A stretch of DNA of 32,000 nucleotides from assembly GCF_002945325.1 (NCBI RefSeq), contig NZ_CP026606.1:1260001-1292000 (forward strand), in the 5' to 3' direction. How positions within the stretch are numbered: position 1 is the stretch's first letter; every line of letters begins with the position of its first letter. The position numbers and the translations under genes were made by a program. This document shows positions 9,720 through 17,455 of the stretch, one piece after another. The notes under the pieces are model-generated. The model did no database searches, was not told the DNA's origin, and saw only the letters and a list, made by a program, of their open reading frames with translations. Origin of the DNA: Methanococcus maripaludis (GTDB lineage: Archaea; AGJL01; Methanococci; Methanococcales; Methanococcaceae).

Positions 9720-10358
9720 TCACCAGCAGTGTACAATCATGCAGTCTTTTTTTATAGAATATATTGGGGGAACTTCCTCTTTGGGAAATATTTGAAGTAC
9801 TGTTTTATTATTTAGTACTTTAGATACCTTATTTTCGAGCCTTCGAATGTCTGAACAGTCTAATTGTATAAGTACGGTTTTTTTATCGAGGTGTAATCCC
9901 CTAATATTCATTCTACCTCTAAAAAAATCAACTTCTTCAATGTCCATGACACTGAGTCGTTTTTTAATTTCTTCAGTAAAATATTTTATATCTATAATGT
10001 ATACAGGATGTCCTTCGATATATCTTTTACAGAAGATATCGCTTTTTGACGTTAAATCCTGGATAAATTCGACAATAGCACTTTCAAGTTTTGTGAGTGA
10101 AAGTACGTCTAATAAATATAAAATAGGATTTTCTTTATCCCAAAAATTAGTACATTTAAGCATTCCAAGTGTTATTGCGGCAGCATGTGCTTCCCCAATT
10201 TCTCTTTTCCCTTTTTCAAGCATACTCAAGTGAGATTGGCTAACCCCACTTTCTTCAGCAAGTTTGGACTGGGTTATCTTGAGTTTTTCACGAAATACTT
10301 TTATATTTTCGGGATTGAGCAGAATAGCTCGTTCTATGATTTTTAATTTATCGTACAT
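9720..10358 (-). CDS. XRE (Cro/C1)-type helix-turn-helix protein with a ~145-aa C-terminal domain I do not recognise; encoded immediately upstream of ehaA
   Basis: Residues ~20-65 (VFREKLKITQSKLAEESGVSQSHLSMLEKGKREIG) are a classic HTH_XRE signature. ATG 10358 has a weak GTGGT SD. Confidence 0.8.
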   Translation of the reverse strand: MYDKLKIIERAILLNPENIKVFREKLKITQSKLAEESGVSQSHLSMLEKGKREIGEAHAAAITLGMLKCTNFWDKENPILYLLDVLSLTKLESAIVEFIQDLTSKSDIFCKRYIEGHPVYIIDIKYFTEEIKKRLSVMDIEEVDFFRGRMNIRGLHLDKKTVLIQLDCSDIRRLENKVSKVLNNKTVLQIFPKEEVPPIYSIKKDCMIVHCW

Positions 10359-10402
10359 TCTACCACTTTTTGAGGCAATCGGATCGAAAAATTATTTCCT
10401 AT

Positions 10403-10438
10403 GAATAACATTATTCTGGGCGGATTTTGTATATATAA
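10403..10438 (-). promoter_or_regulatory. Putative promoter of the HTH-eha transcription unit: TATA box plus a downstream inverted repeat
   Basis: Minus-strand TTATATAT (10438-10431) lies ~75 nt upstream of ATG 10358. The inverted repeat GAATAA-N2-TTATTC (10403-10416) sits where the transcription start is expected (~25 nt downstream of the TATA). Confidence 0.35.
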
Positions 10439-10541
10439 TTTTTTACTTGAATCAAGCCAAAAATTATTACGTATTTTATCAGAATATTTTTTTATCCTAT
10501 AAGCGAGTAAATGTAAAAAATATTAAAATCAGGTGAGAAAC

Positions 10542-11114
10542 ATGGAAAAACAATGCAATGTAATGGACTGCCCGATATGCGGAAAAGAGGATTCATTAAA
10601 ATTAATCACTCAGGAACTCGAAATCCCTTATTTTGGAAAGGTTATTGAAACAACCATATTATGCGAGGCTTGCAAATACAAAAAAAGCGATATTTTCCCG
10701 GTAGATGTAAAAGAGCCTAAAAGATATACCTTAACGGTTGAAGATGAATACGATTTAAATAAACGGGTTATAAGAGGTTCATCAGGTCACATTTCAATAC
10801 CTGAATTTGGATTTGAAGTGTCCCCTGGTCCTGCATCCGAAGCATACGTTTCAAATGTTGAAGGCGTGTTGACAAGAATGGAAGATGCGATTAAAACATT
10901 GAAGTCTTGGGTTGAAAATGAAGATGAAAGGAAAAAAGCAGATGAGTTAATTGAAAAATTAGAAGAAGTAAAACTTGGAAAAGAAAAAATAACATTAATT
11001 ATTGAAGACCCGCTTGGACACAGCGCAATAATCGGAGATGGGGTAAAAGAAGAGCTTTTAACAGAAGACGAGATAGCACTGTTAAGTGACAATACTATAA
11101 TTATGGATAAATAA
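10542..11114 (+). CDS. ZPR1-type zinc-finger protein (single-module archaeal homologue)
   Basis: CPICG...(x24)...CEACKYK zinc ribbon flanking EIPYFG, followed by a ZPR1 A-domain-like region. AGGTGA lies 5 nt upstream of ATG 10542; the track start 10533 is the GTG inside that SD. Confidence 0.75.
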   Translation: MEKQCNVMDCPICGKEDSLKLITQELEIPYFGKVIETTILCEACKYKKSDIFPVDVKEPKRYTLTVEDEYDLNKRVIRGSSGHISIPEFGFEVSPGPASEAYVSNVEGVLTRMEDAIKTLKSWVENEDERKKADELIEKLEEVKLGKEKITLIIEDPLGHSAIIGDGVKEELLTEDEIALLSDNTIIMDK

Positions 11115-11118
11115 TTTT

Positions 11119-11138
11119 AAAAAAATAAAACTTTTTTT
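11119..11138. terminator. Bidirectional oligo-T terminator between the convergent ZPR1-like and guaAA genes
   Basis: A7 run (11119-11125, which is T7 on the minus strand) and T7 run (11132-11138) within the 39-bp gap. Confidence 0.45.
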
Positions 11139-11153
11139 ATTTAATTAACTAAT

Positions 11154-11723
11154 TTATTCTTTAAATTCAAATCCACATTTTTTACAGAAGTTTTTCAAAA
11201 TAATGTCACCATATTCGGTGTGTGACACTTCAGGGTGGAATTGAACACCATAAATTGATTTTTCTTTGTGTTTTATTGATTCTACTCCGCAAATGTCAGA
11301 GTATGCTAAAACTTCAAAGCAGTCAGGTGTTACTTTAACTTCATCCATGTGGGAAGCCCATGCAGTAAATTCACTGGGGACTCCTTTGAAGAGGTCGTTT
11401 TCTTCTTTTACATAAATTTTAATACTTGCATATTCTTCTGAATCTGCTCTTGAAACCGCTCCACCATATGCTTTTGAAATTAACTGGTGTCCGAGGCAAA
11501 TTCCAAGAACTGGAAGTTCTGAATTTAATGCAATATTTTCGCAGTTTGTAGCTTTTGTAATATCTGGGCCACCGCTTAATATTATTCCTTTTATTTCGGG
11601 ATTTGCAGCAATTTCTTCAAGAGTGGTTGAATTTGGAACTATTTTTGCAGGTACATCAAGGTACTTTAAACTTCTCTGTATCCTGTGTACGTACTGCCCA
11701 CCGTTGTTTAAAATGACGATCAT
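11154..11723 (-). CDS. guaAA: GMP synthase subunit A (glutamine amidotransferase)
   Basis: Class I GATase triad context: GICLGHQ and QFHPE. I prefer ATG 11723 (MIVILNNGGQY...), preceded by AGGTGGAG. Confidence 0.9.
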   Translation of the reverse strand: MIVILNNGGQYVHRIQRSLKYLDVPAKIVPNSTTLEEIAANPEIKGIILSGGPDITKATNCENIALNSELPVLGICLGHQLISKAYGGAVSRADSEEYASIKIYVKEENDLFKGVPSEFTAWASHMDEVKVTPDCFEVLAYSDICGVESIKHKEKSIYGVQFHPEVSHTEYGDIILKNFCKKCGFEFKE

Positions 11724-11742
11724 AACTCCACCTTTCATTTAA

Positions 11743-12630
11743 TTATTTTGTAGTGATTTCAACACCATTCTCGGTAACTAAGACTGTATGTTCACACTGG
11801 GAAACCATTCCATGTTCTCTTTCAACCAGTGTTGGGTATCCATATAGAACTCCTGCCATCATTAAGCCTTTTAAGCCGGTTTTATAATGTTTATCGATTT
11901 TTGCCATGTCTCTTTCTGAAAATGGTAGATATGCATGGTTTTGTTCGATATCTCTTAATAAGTTTCTTGCAGCCGGAAGTCTTGTTGGTCTTGATCTTAG
12001 ATATTTAAAGATATATACGTCTTTTCCATCTACAACCTGCCCAAACCCATCTGTTGCAAACGGTTCAATTGCAACGAGGTCGCCAACATCGATGGTATCT
12101 CTTGTATTTTCGGAAACATTTGGAATACTTACTCCAGAGTGGAGTGAATATTGGTGCATTACATGTCCTGAAAGATTTGAAACTGGCTTGTAGCCGTAAC
12201 TTTCAATTACTTCCTGAATTATTTTTCCCATTTCCCCAACATTCATTTCAGGCATGATTTCTTTAATTACAGTATTTAGCGCATCTTCTGAAGCTTTTTT
12301 TAAGTCAGAATATTTTCCAGATAAATCTATAGTTACTGCAGTGTCTGCAATAAATCCATCTACGTGTGATCCAAGGTCTAATTTTACAACGTCTTCCTCG
12401 GAAAAAACCGATTCATCGCCATATGAAGGGCTGTAGTGTGCTGCAATGTCGTTCAATGAAATATTGCATGGAAATCCAATACCTGCACCGAGTTCTCTTG
12501 TCCTGTTTTCTACAAATTCTGCAACATCGTAGAGTTTTGCGCCAGGTTTTACTAATTTTACTGCTTCTTCTTTAACTTGGGATGCAATTTTTCCAGCTTC
12601 AATAATTTTACTGTATTCTTTATCATTCAT
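11743..12630 (-). CDS. map: Methionine aminopeptidase, type 2 (archaeal/eukaryotic)
   Basis: Pita-bread fold signatures (AHYSP, DLGSHVDGFIAD, HVMHQY, EHTVLVT). I prefer ATG 12630 (MNDKEY...), after AAGGTAGAT, which gives 295 aa. Confidence 0.9.
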   Translation of the reverse strand: MNDKEYSKIIEAGKIASQVKEEAVKLVKPGAKLYDVAEFVENRTRELGAGIGFPCNISLNDIAAHYSPSYGDESVFSEEDVVKLDLGSHVDGFIADTAVTIDLSGKYSDLKKASEDALNTVIKEIMPEMNVGEMGKIIQEVIESYGYKPVSNLSGHVMHQYSLHSGVSIPNVSENTRDTIDVGDLVAIEPFATDGFGQVVDGKDVYIFKYLRSRPTRLPAARNLLRDIEQNHAYLPFSERDMAKIDKHYKTGLKGLMMAGVLYGYPTLVEREHGMVSQCEHTVLVTENGVEITTK

Positions 12631-12640
12631 TTTATCTACC

Positions 12641-13750
12641 TTAAAGTGATCTTCTAACAACGATCGTCAATATATCTCCGTCTTTTAGCACGTGGTCTAA
12701 TCCTACTCTTTGACCAGGGTGTTTTGCAGATTCTCCCCATACAAGTGCATATCTGAAATTTTTAACAAAATCCCTGTGAAGCCTGTTACAAACATCTTCA
12801 ACAGTTGAGTTTTTGAGAATAATTAATGGTTCATCAAGGTCTGCTTTTCCGCCCTGAGGTTTTAAGTATAATTTGATAAATCCTAAAGTTTCAAAGATTT
12901 TGTCTTTTAATTCTTCAAGATTTATTTCTTTATGCCCTGAAACAAATACGTGTGGCCTATCTCCAATTGCAGCTTCTGTTTTTTTCAGATTTTCTTCGTC
13001 TGCAAGGTCGATTTTGTTCACAATAACAAGTGTTGGAATGTAGGATCTGCTGTCTAGCACTACATCGATTAACTGGTCAGCATCAATGTCTTCTCTTATT
13101 AGAATAGCTGCATTGTGGATTCTGTGTTCTCCAACTATCGCAGTTATTGTGCCTTCATCTATTTTTGTTAAGTTAACGGTTTTGTTGATTGCAAGTCCAC
13201 CACGATCGTGTTTTTCAATTTTTACGTCTGGTTTTTCCTGGTCAAGCCTTATACCTACATTTCCAAGCTCTTTTTCAAGTATAGGTATATGCTCTGGTGA
13301 AAATACATCCACAACGAGCATTACAAGGTCCACGTTTCTAACGGCTGCTAAAACCTCGCTACCCCTACCTCTACCAAAAGAAGCTCCAGAAATAATACCT
13401 GGTGCATCCAACACTTGAATTTTAGCACCTTTATGTTCCATTAACCCAGGAATAATTGTAAGAGTGGTAAATGCGTAAGCTCCAACTTCTGAATTTGCAT
13501 TTGTAAGTTTATTCAAAAGTGTTGACTTACCAACTGATGGAAATCCAACGAAAGCAACTGTCGCGTCCCCTGTTTTTCTAATTGCATATGAAGGTCCACT
13601 GGATCCACCTGATCCTTTTGGGTTTTGCTGTTCGTCCCTTAATTTAGCAAGTTTTGCTTTTAATATACCCACGTGTTTTTGGGTGGCTTTATTATACTGG
13701 GTATGTAATAGTTCATCTTCTAATTTCTTGATATCTTCCTGTATTCCCAT
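12641..13750 (-). CDS. DRG/Obg-family GTP-binding protein with C-terminal TGS domain
   Basis: G1 GFPSVGKST, G3 DAPG and G4 NKID, plus a TGS-like C-terminus (GDILTIVVR). I prefer ATG 13750 (MGIQEDIKK...). Confidence 0.88.
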   Translation of the reverse strand: MGIQEDIKKLEDELLHTQYNKATQKHVGILKAKLAKLRDEQQNPKGSGGSSGPSYAIRKTGDATVAFVGFPSVGKSTLLNKLTNANSEVGAYAFTTLTIIPGLMEHKGAKIQVLDAPGIISGASFGRGRGSEVLAAVRNVDLVMLVVDVFSPEHIPILEKELGNVGIRLDQEKPDVKIEKHDRGGLAINKTVNLTKIDEGTITAIVGEHRIHNAAILIREDIDADQLIDVVLDSRSYIPTLVIVNKIDLADEENLKKTEAAIGDRPHVFVSGHKEINLEELKDKIFETLGFIKLYLKPQGGKADLDEPLIILKNSTVEDVCNRLHRDFVKNFRYALVWGESAKHPGQRVGLDHVLKDGDILTIVVRRSL

Positions 13751-13854
13751 AATCTCACAACGCATAAAGCTGTAAATTGGATAAATCGATGAAAAATGTT
13801 TTAATTACAAAATTAAAAAAGAAAATTGTGTTTTATTTGTTTTCAAGTCTCAAA

Positions 13855-13898
13855 ATATCACTTTAGTTATTCACTAATAGTGATATAAGGTATATAAA
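13855..13898 (-). promoter_or_regulatory. TATA box plus adjacent 8-bp-arm inverted repeat upstream of the DRG-map-guaAA operon
   Basis: Minus-strand consensus TTTATATA (13898-13891) is followed 4 nt later by ATATCACT-N16-AGTGATAT (13886-13855). It lies ~140 nt upstream of ATG 13750. Confidence 0.3.
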
Positions 13899-13945
13899 AT
13901 TAACTATAGTGGCTTTTGACCAATTTATTTCGTTTAGTATAATGA

Positions 13946-14233
13946 TTAATCTACAATTCCGCCCATAATAGATATCATTTCCCTTACTTTAGGATTTACA
14001 ATATAGTAGTGGTTCCAAGTTCCTTCTTTTCTAGCTTTAATGATTCCTGACTTCTTTAATATGTTTAAGTGGTGGGAAATTGTTGGTTGAGGTTTTTTCA
14101 ATTCATCAATAATTTTACAAACGCACATACTTTCATTATCACTTAAAAGCTCCAAAATCATCAATCTAGTAGGATCAGCAAACGCCTTAAAAACTTCAGC
14201 CATATATTCGTATTTGTATTCTTCTATAGCCAT
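13946..14233 (-). CDS. ArsR/SmtB-family metalloregulator
   Basis: Winged-HTH signature FADPTRLMILELL...ISHHLNILKKSG. It retains the Cys-Val-Cys (SMCVCKI) at the position of the ArsR ELCVCDL metalloid site. Confidence 0.85.
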   Translation of the reverse strand: MAIEEYKYEYMAEVFKAFADPTRLMILELLSDNESMCVCKIIDELKKPQPTISHHLNILKKSGIIKARKEGTWNHYYIVNPKVREMISIMGGIVD

Positions 14234-14271
14234 GATATCACCAAGTAACCATAATATAGTCTATTTATTGC

Positions 14272-14285
14272 AATATTTAAATATT
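14272..14285 (-). promoter_or_regulatory. Putative arsR promoter: palindromic TATA element
   Basis: Perfect 14-bp palindrome AATATTTAAATATT containing TTTAAATA on both strands, centred ~45 nt upstream of ATG 14233. A-rich BRE-like sequence is present only on the arsR side. Confidence 0.35.
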
Positions 14286-14343
14286 TTGAGATACGAAAAA
14301 AGTCCATAATGCACGGTATGGGTCTTTATTCAAAAAATAAGAG

Positions 14344-15033
14344 TTATTTTTTTTCAATTTTGATTGAAATTGTTTCAGGGTTTTCCGTACCCTTCAGTGT
14401 TCCTACAATCCCTTTTATAGTGTTTTTTATAACGTCGGAAACAAATGGATTTACCGGGATTGTTTTGCCATCGACTATCAATGTTAGTGCTGTTGACATA
14501 ACACATTTGTTCCATTTAACTTCGCCTGAGGCCAACAGGTTTGCAAAACCTTTGCAGTTGTATCCGCAGTGACCGCAGTTTAGATTATACGATGGAACTA
14601 TAGCTTTTTCAAGAACTTGGGCTGTAACTTCATTTATATCGTATTTGAAGTCATCAATTACCATTATCGTCTGATTATCCTTTAATTCAGCGCCCCGTCC
14701 CCCTTCAGTTACAAGTATTTTTGGAATATTTAATTCGATCAAATCTTCCTTAAAGCCTTCTACGATAACCAGGTCGCAGTCGAGCTTTGCAAGGATGTCT
14801 TTCAAATGCATCCTGTCATAATAAAAGGCCGAACCTTTATTTGTAACAAAAATAGACGTATCTGCAAGCTGTTTTAGTTTATATGAATCAGTATCTGGGG
14901 AATCAACGTCTAAATCCATATGTGAATTTTTAACTGTCGCAACAGACATGCCAGTCAAGTTCTTGAGGATATTGGCTATTAGACCTGTTTTTCCAGTATC
15001 CTTTCTTCCGATTACACCTATTACTCTTATCAT
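14344..15033 (-). CDS. mobB: MobB-like P-loop NTPase (molybdopterin-guanine dinucleotide biosynthesis protein B family) fused to a C-terminal Cys-motif domain
   Basis: N-terminal VIGVIGRKDTGKTG Walker A in the MobB context. The C-terminal ~80 aa carry CGHCGYNC-x16-C. Confidence 0.7.
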   Translation of the reverse strand: MIRVIGVIGRKDTGKTGLIANILKNLTGMSVATVKNSHMDLDVDSPDTDSYKLKQLADTSIFVTNKGSAFYYDRMHLKDILAKLDCDLVIVEGFKEDLIELNIPKILVTEGGRGAELKDNQTIMVIDDFKYDINEVTAQVLEKAIVPSYNLNCGHCGYNCKGFANLLASGEVKWNKCVMSTALTLIVDGKTIPVNPFVSDVIKNTIKGIVGTLKGTENPETISIKIEKK

Positions 15034-15140
15034 ACCTTATCTATAATAGAATCTCATATATTTAAATGTTGCCATATAGAACGCATAGCTTAAAAGTTAT
15101 AAATAGTAATTAAACAATGCTTGAGTATAAGGTGATAATT

Positions 15141-16082
15141 ATGATTCCTGAACAAATACACAATATTTTGAGAAAACAGCGCTATCAAATAAAAGAACAC
15201 AGTGGCGTAAAACTCTGCGGATGGGTTAGAAAATCTTTTTTAGAAGGAAAAGAATGTTATAAATCAAAGTTTTATGGAATAAACACTCATCGATGTGTTC
15301 AGAGTACTCCTTCTGTTGCATGGTGCCAGCAATCTTGTATTTTCTGCTGGAGAGTTCTTCCAAAAGATTTAGGATTGGATTCTTTCGAATCTCCAAAATG
15401 GAAGGAACCTGAAACTGTTGCAGAAGATATCTTGGCTATGCACAAAACTGTTATAACAGGATACAAAGGAATTTTGGATAGAATTGGTGAAGAAAAATAT
15501 CTTGAAGCAACAAAACCAAAACACGTTGCACTATCTCTTTCCGGAGAGCCTACAATGTATCCATACCTCGATGAATTAATCGAAGTTTTCCATAAAAAAG
15601 GAATGTCCACATTTTTGGTTTCAAACGGGATATTAACAGATGTAATTGAAAAGGTAAATCCAACACAGCTCTATATTTCACTTGATGCATACGATTTAGA
15701 AAGCTACAAGAAAATATGTGGTGGAACAAAAGAAGATTGGGATTCTATATTAAATACACTTGATATTTTGGAATCAAAAAAACGAACCTGTATTAGAACT
15801 ACCGTTATTCGAAATATAAACGATAATATTTTGAAATTTAAGGAATTATTCGAGAGAGCAAATTCAAATTTCATCGAACTAAAATCTTACATGAATGTTG
15901 GATATTCAAGAAAAAGATTAAATTTGGATGACATGGTAAAACAGGTTGAACTTTTAGAGATGGGTAAAATTTTAGGTGAAAACAGCATATTTGAAATCGA
16001 AGACGATTCGCCTGAAAGCAGGGTTGTTTTACTTACCAATAAAAATAGAAAAATTAATCCAAAAATAGATTTTGGATTTTAA
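15141..16082 (+). CDS. taw1: tRNA 4-demethylwyosine synthase (radical SAM, Taw1/TYW1)
   Basis: Radical-SAM CQQSCIFCW (Cx3Cx2C) plus upstream Cys residues (CGW...C...C) typical of TYW1. AAGGTGAT lies 4 nt upstream of ATG 15141. Confidence 0.85.
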   Translation: MIPEQIHNILRKQRYQIKEHSGVKLCGWVRKSFLEGKECYKSKFYGINTHRCVQSTPSVAWCQQSCIFCWRVLPKDLGLDSFESPKWKEPETVAEDILAMHKTVITGYKGILDRIGEEKYLEATKPKHVALSLSGEPTMYPYLDELIEVFHKKGMSTFLVSNGILTDVIEKVNPTQLYISLDAYDLESYKKICGGTKEDWDSILNTLDILESKKRTCIRTTVIRNINDNILKFKELFERANSNFIELKSYMNVGYSRKRLNLDDMVKQVELLEMGKILGENSIFEIEDDSPESRVVLLTNKNRKINPKIDFGF

Positions 16083-16083
16083 T

Positions 16084-17304
16084 TTAAGCACCATATTTTT
16101 TTGCAAGGCCCATGAGGTCCATTAAAATAGGCATTACATGTACTCCTTTTATCCAGTTCAATCCGCCTTTGTAGGTTGAAAATTCATCGAATTTTTCGAC
16201 ATCGTCAACCCTAACACTTTTTCCCCAGAGAACAACTGGAAGAGGGTCTGCAGAGTGGTCCATTTCTTCAATAGGTGTTGAGTGGTCTCCTGAGAGTACG
16301 AAATAAACTTCATCTTTGCTAATATTTTTTGTAATGTAATCTAACATTTCATCGATTTTTTCGATAACCTGTTTTTTAAGTTCGTAATTTCCGTCATGTC
16401 CAGCTTCATCTGCGCCTTTTACATTTACAAGTATAAATTCGTAATTTTCAAGGGTTTTTACAATTGCACAGGCTTTTGCCATAAAGTCAGAATCTGGGGT
16501 TCCATCGCATCCTTCAACATCAATTACGTCCAAACCAACCATTTTTGCAATTCCCTTGATAAGTCCGGTTCCTGCAATGCATGCTCCTTTGAGTCCAGTT
16601 TTTTCAGTAAACTGCATAATTTCTGGAACCTGTCCAACCCCTCTTGGAACTATCATGTTTGCAACAGGTAAATTCTGCTTTCTTCTTTCTTCATTTACAG
16701 GGTGTTTATCTAATTTTTCGTAAGCAATTTTTAACAAGTTATTTACTATTTCGGCAGTTTTTTTAGCTTCTTTTGAATCATCAAGAGGATGTATCTCTTT
16801 TACCTTTTTTCCTTCTTTTTTAGGGTCTGCATCGGTGATTTTATCACTTAATCCAGGTCCCCTCAAAACAAGTGCTGCTCTATATCCACCGGACTCTTTA
16901 AAAATAATTTCTACATCATCAATTTTTAGCCCGTCAAGTTCTTTTTCGAGTTCTGATGTATTTTCAATTCTTCCAGCTCTTCTGTCAGTTACGATAAAGT
17001 TTTCGTCAACTGATGAAAAATTGCACCTAAATGCAATGTCTCCGGATTTTACTGTAACACCAACACCACACGCTTCAAAAGGTCCCCTTCCGGTGTATGT
17101 TGTGTACGGGTCGTATCCTAAAAGAGCAAGGTGTGCAGTGTCACTTCCAGGCCTCACCCCAATATCAACGGAATTCATAAGTCCACAAATTCCTTCTTTA
17201 GCCATTCTGTCCATTACTGGAGTTTTAGCTTCTTTTAATGGAGTATTTCCATTCTTGTCGGGCCTATCTCCAAGTCCATCTACAACAAAAATAACCGCTT
17301 TCAT
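16084..17304 (-). CDS. apgM: 2,3-bisphosphoglycerate-independent phosphoglycerate mutase, archaeal type
   Basis: MKAVIFVVDGLGDRP N-terminus, metal-site GDHSTP and ADEAGH motifs, ~406 aa. GGTGA SD is present. Confidence 0.9.
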   Translation of the reverse strand: MKAVIFVVDGLGDRPDKNGNTPLKEAKTPVMDRMAKEGICGLMNSVDIGVRPGSDTAHLALLGYDPYTTYTGRGPFEACGVGVTVKSGDIAFRCNFSSVDENFIVTDRRAGRIENTSELEKELDGLKIDDVEIIFKESGGYRAALVLRGPGLSDKITDADPKKEGKKVKEIHPLDDSKEAKKTAEIVNNLLKIAYEKLDKHPVNEERRKQNLPVANMIVPRGVGQVPEIMQFTEKTGLKGACIAGTGLIKGIAKMVGLDVIDVEGCDGTPDSDFMAKACAIVKTLENYEFILVNVKGADEAGHDGNYELKKQVIEKIDEMLDYITKNISKDEVYFVLSGDHSTPIEEMDHSADPLPVVLWGKSVRVDDVEKFDEFSTYKGGLNWIKGVHVMPILMDLMGLAKKYGA

Positions 17305-17422
17305 AGATTCACCAATCCGATAATTTTAGATGATATCTGCTATTGTTTAGTTTTTATTAATATTTTTGGGTTTTAAATTCAAGAAAAATTGATAAATGGG
17401 CAATAGCTTTAAATTTCGGTTG

Positions 17423-17437
17423 AAAAAAATAAAAAAA
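17423..17437 (-). terminator. Oligo-T terminator of the CAP-domain gene
   Basis: Minus-strand TTTTTTTATTTTTTT lies 19 nt downstream of the stop at 17456. Confidence 0.5.
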
Positions 17438-17455
17438 GATAGATTTGTAGGTTAA

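Noticed and set aside
9720-10358. Considered the XRE-type HTH protein as the antitoxin of a toxin-antitoxin pair or as a phage-type repressor marking a mobile element.
   Set aside because: There is no small partner ORF, integrase, or phage or transposon gene nearby. The gene is embedded between core genes and abuts ehaA.
16835-17323. A 162-codon plus-strand ORF antisense to apgM, and similar antisense ORFs in ehaP, map, DRG, top6A, ftsZ, purA and trkH.
   Set aside because: Each lies wholly inside a well-supported conserved gene on the other strand. They have atypical composition and no ribosome-binding sites.
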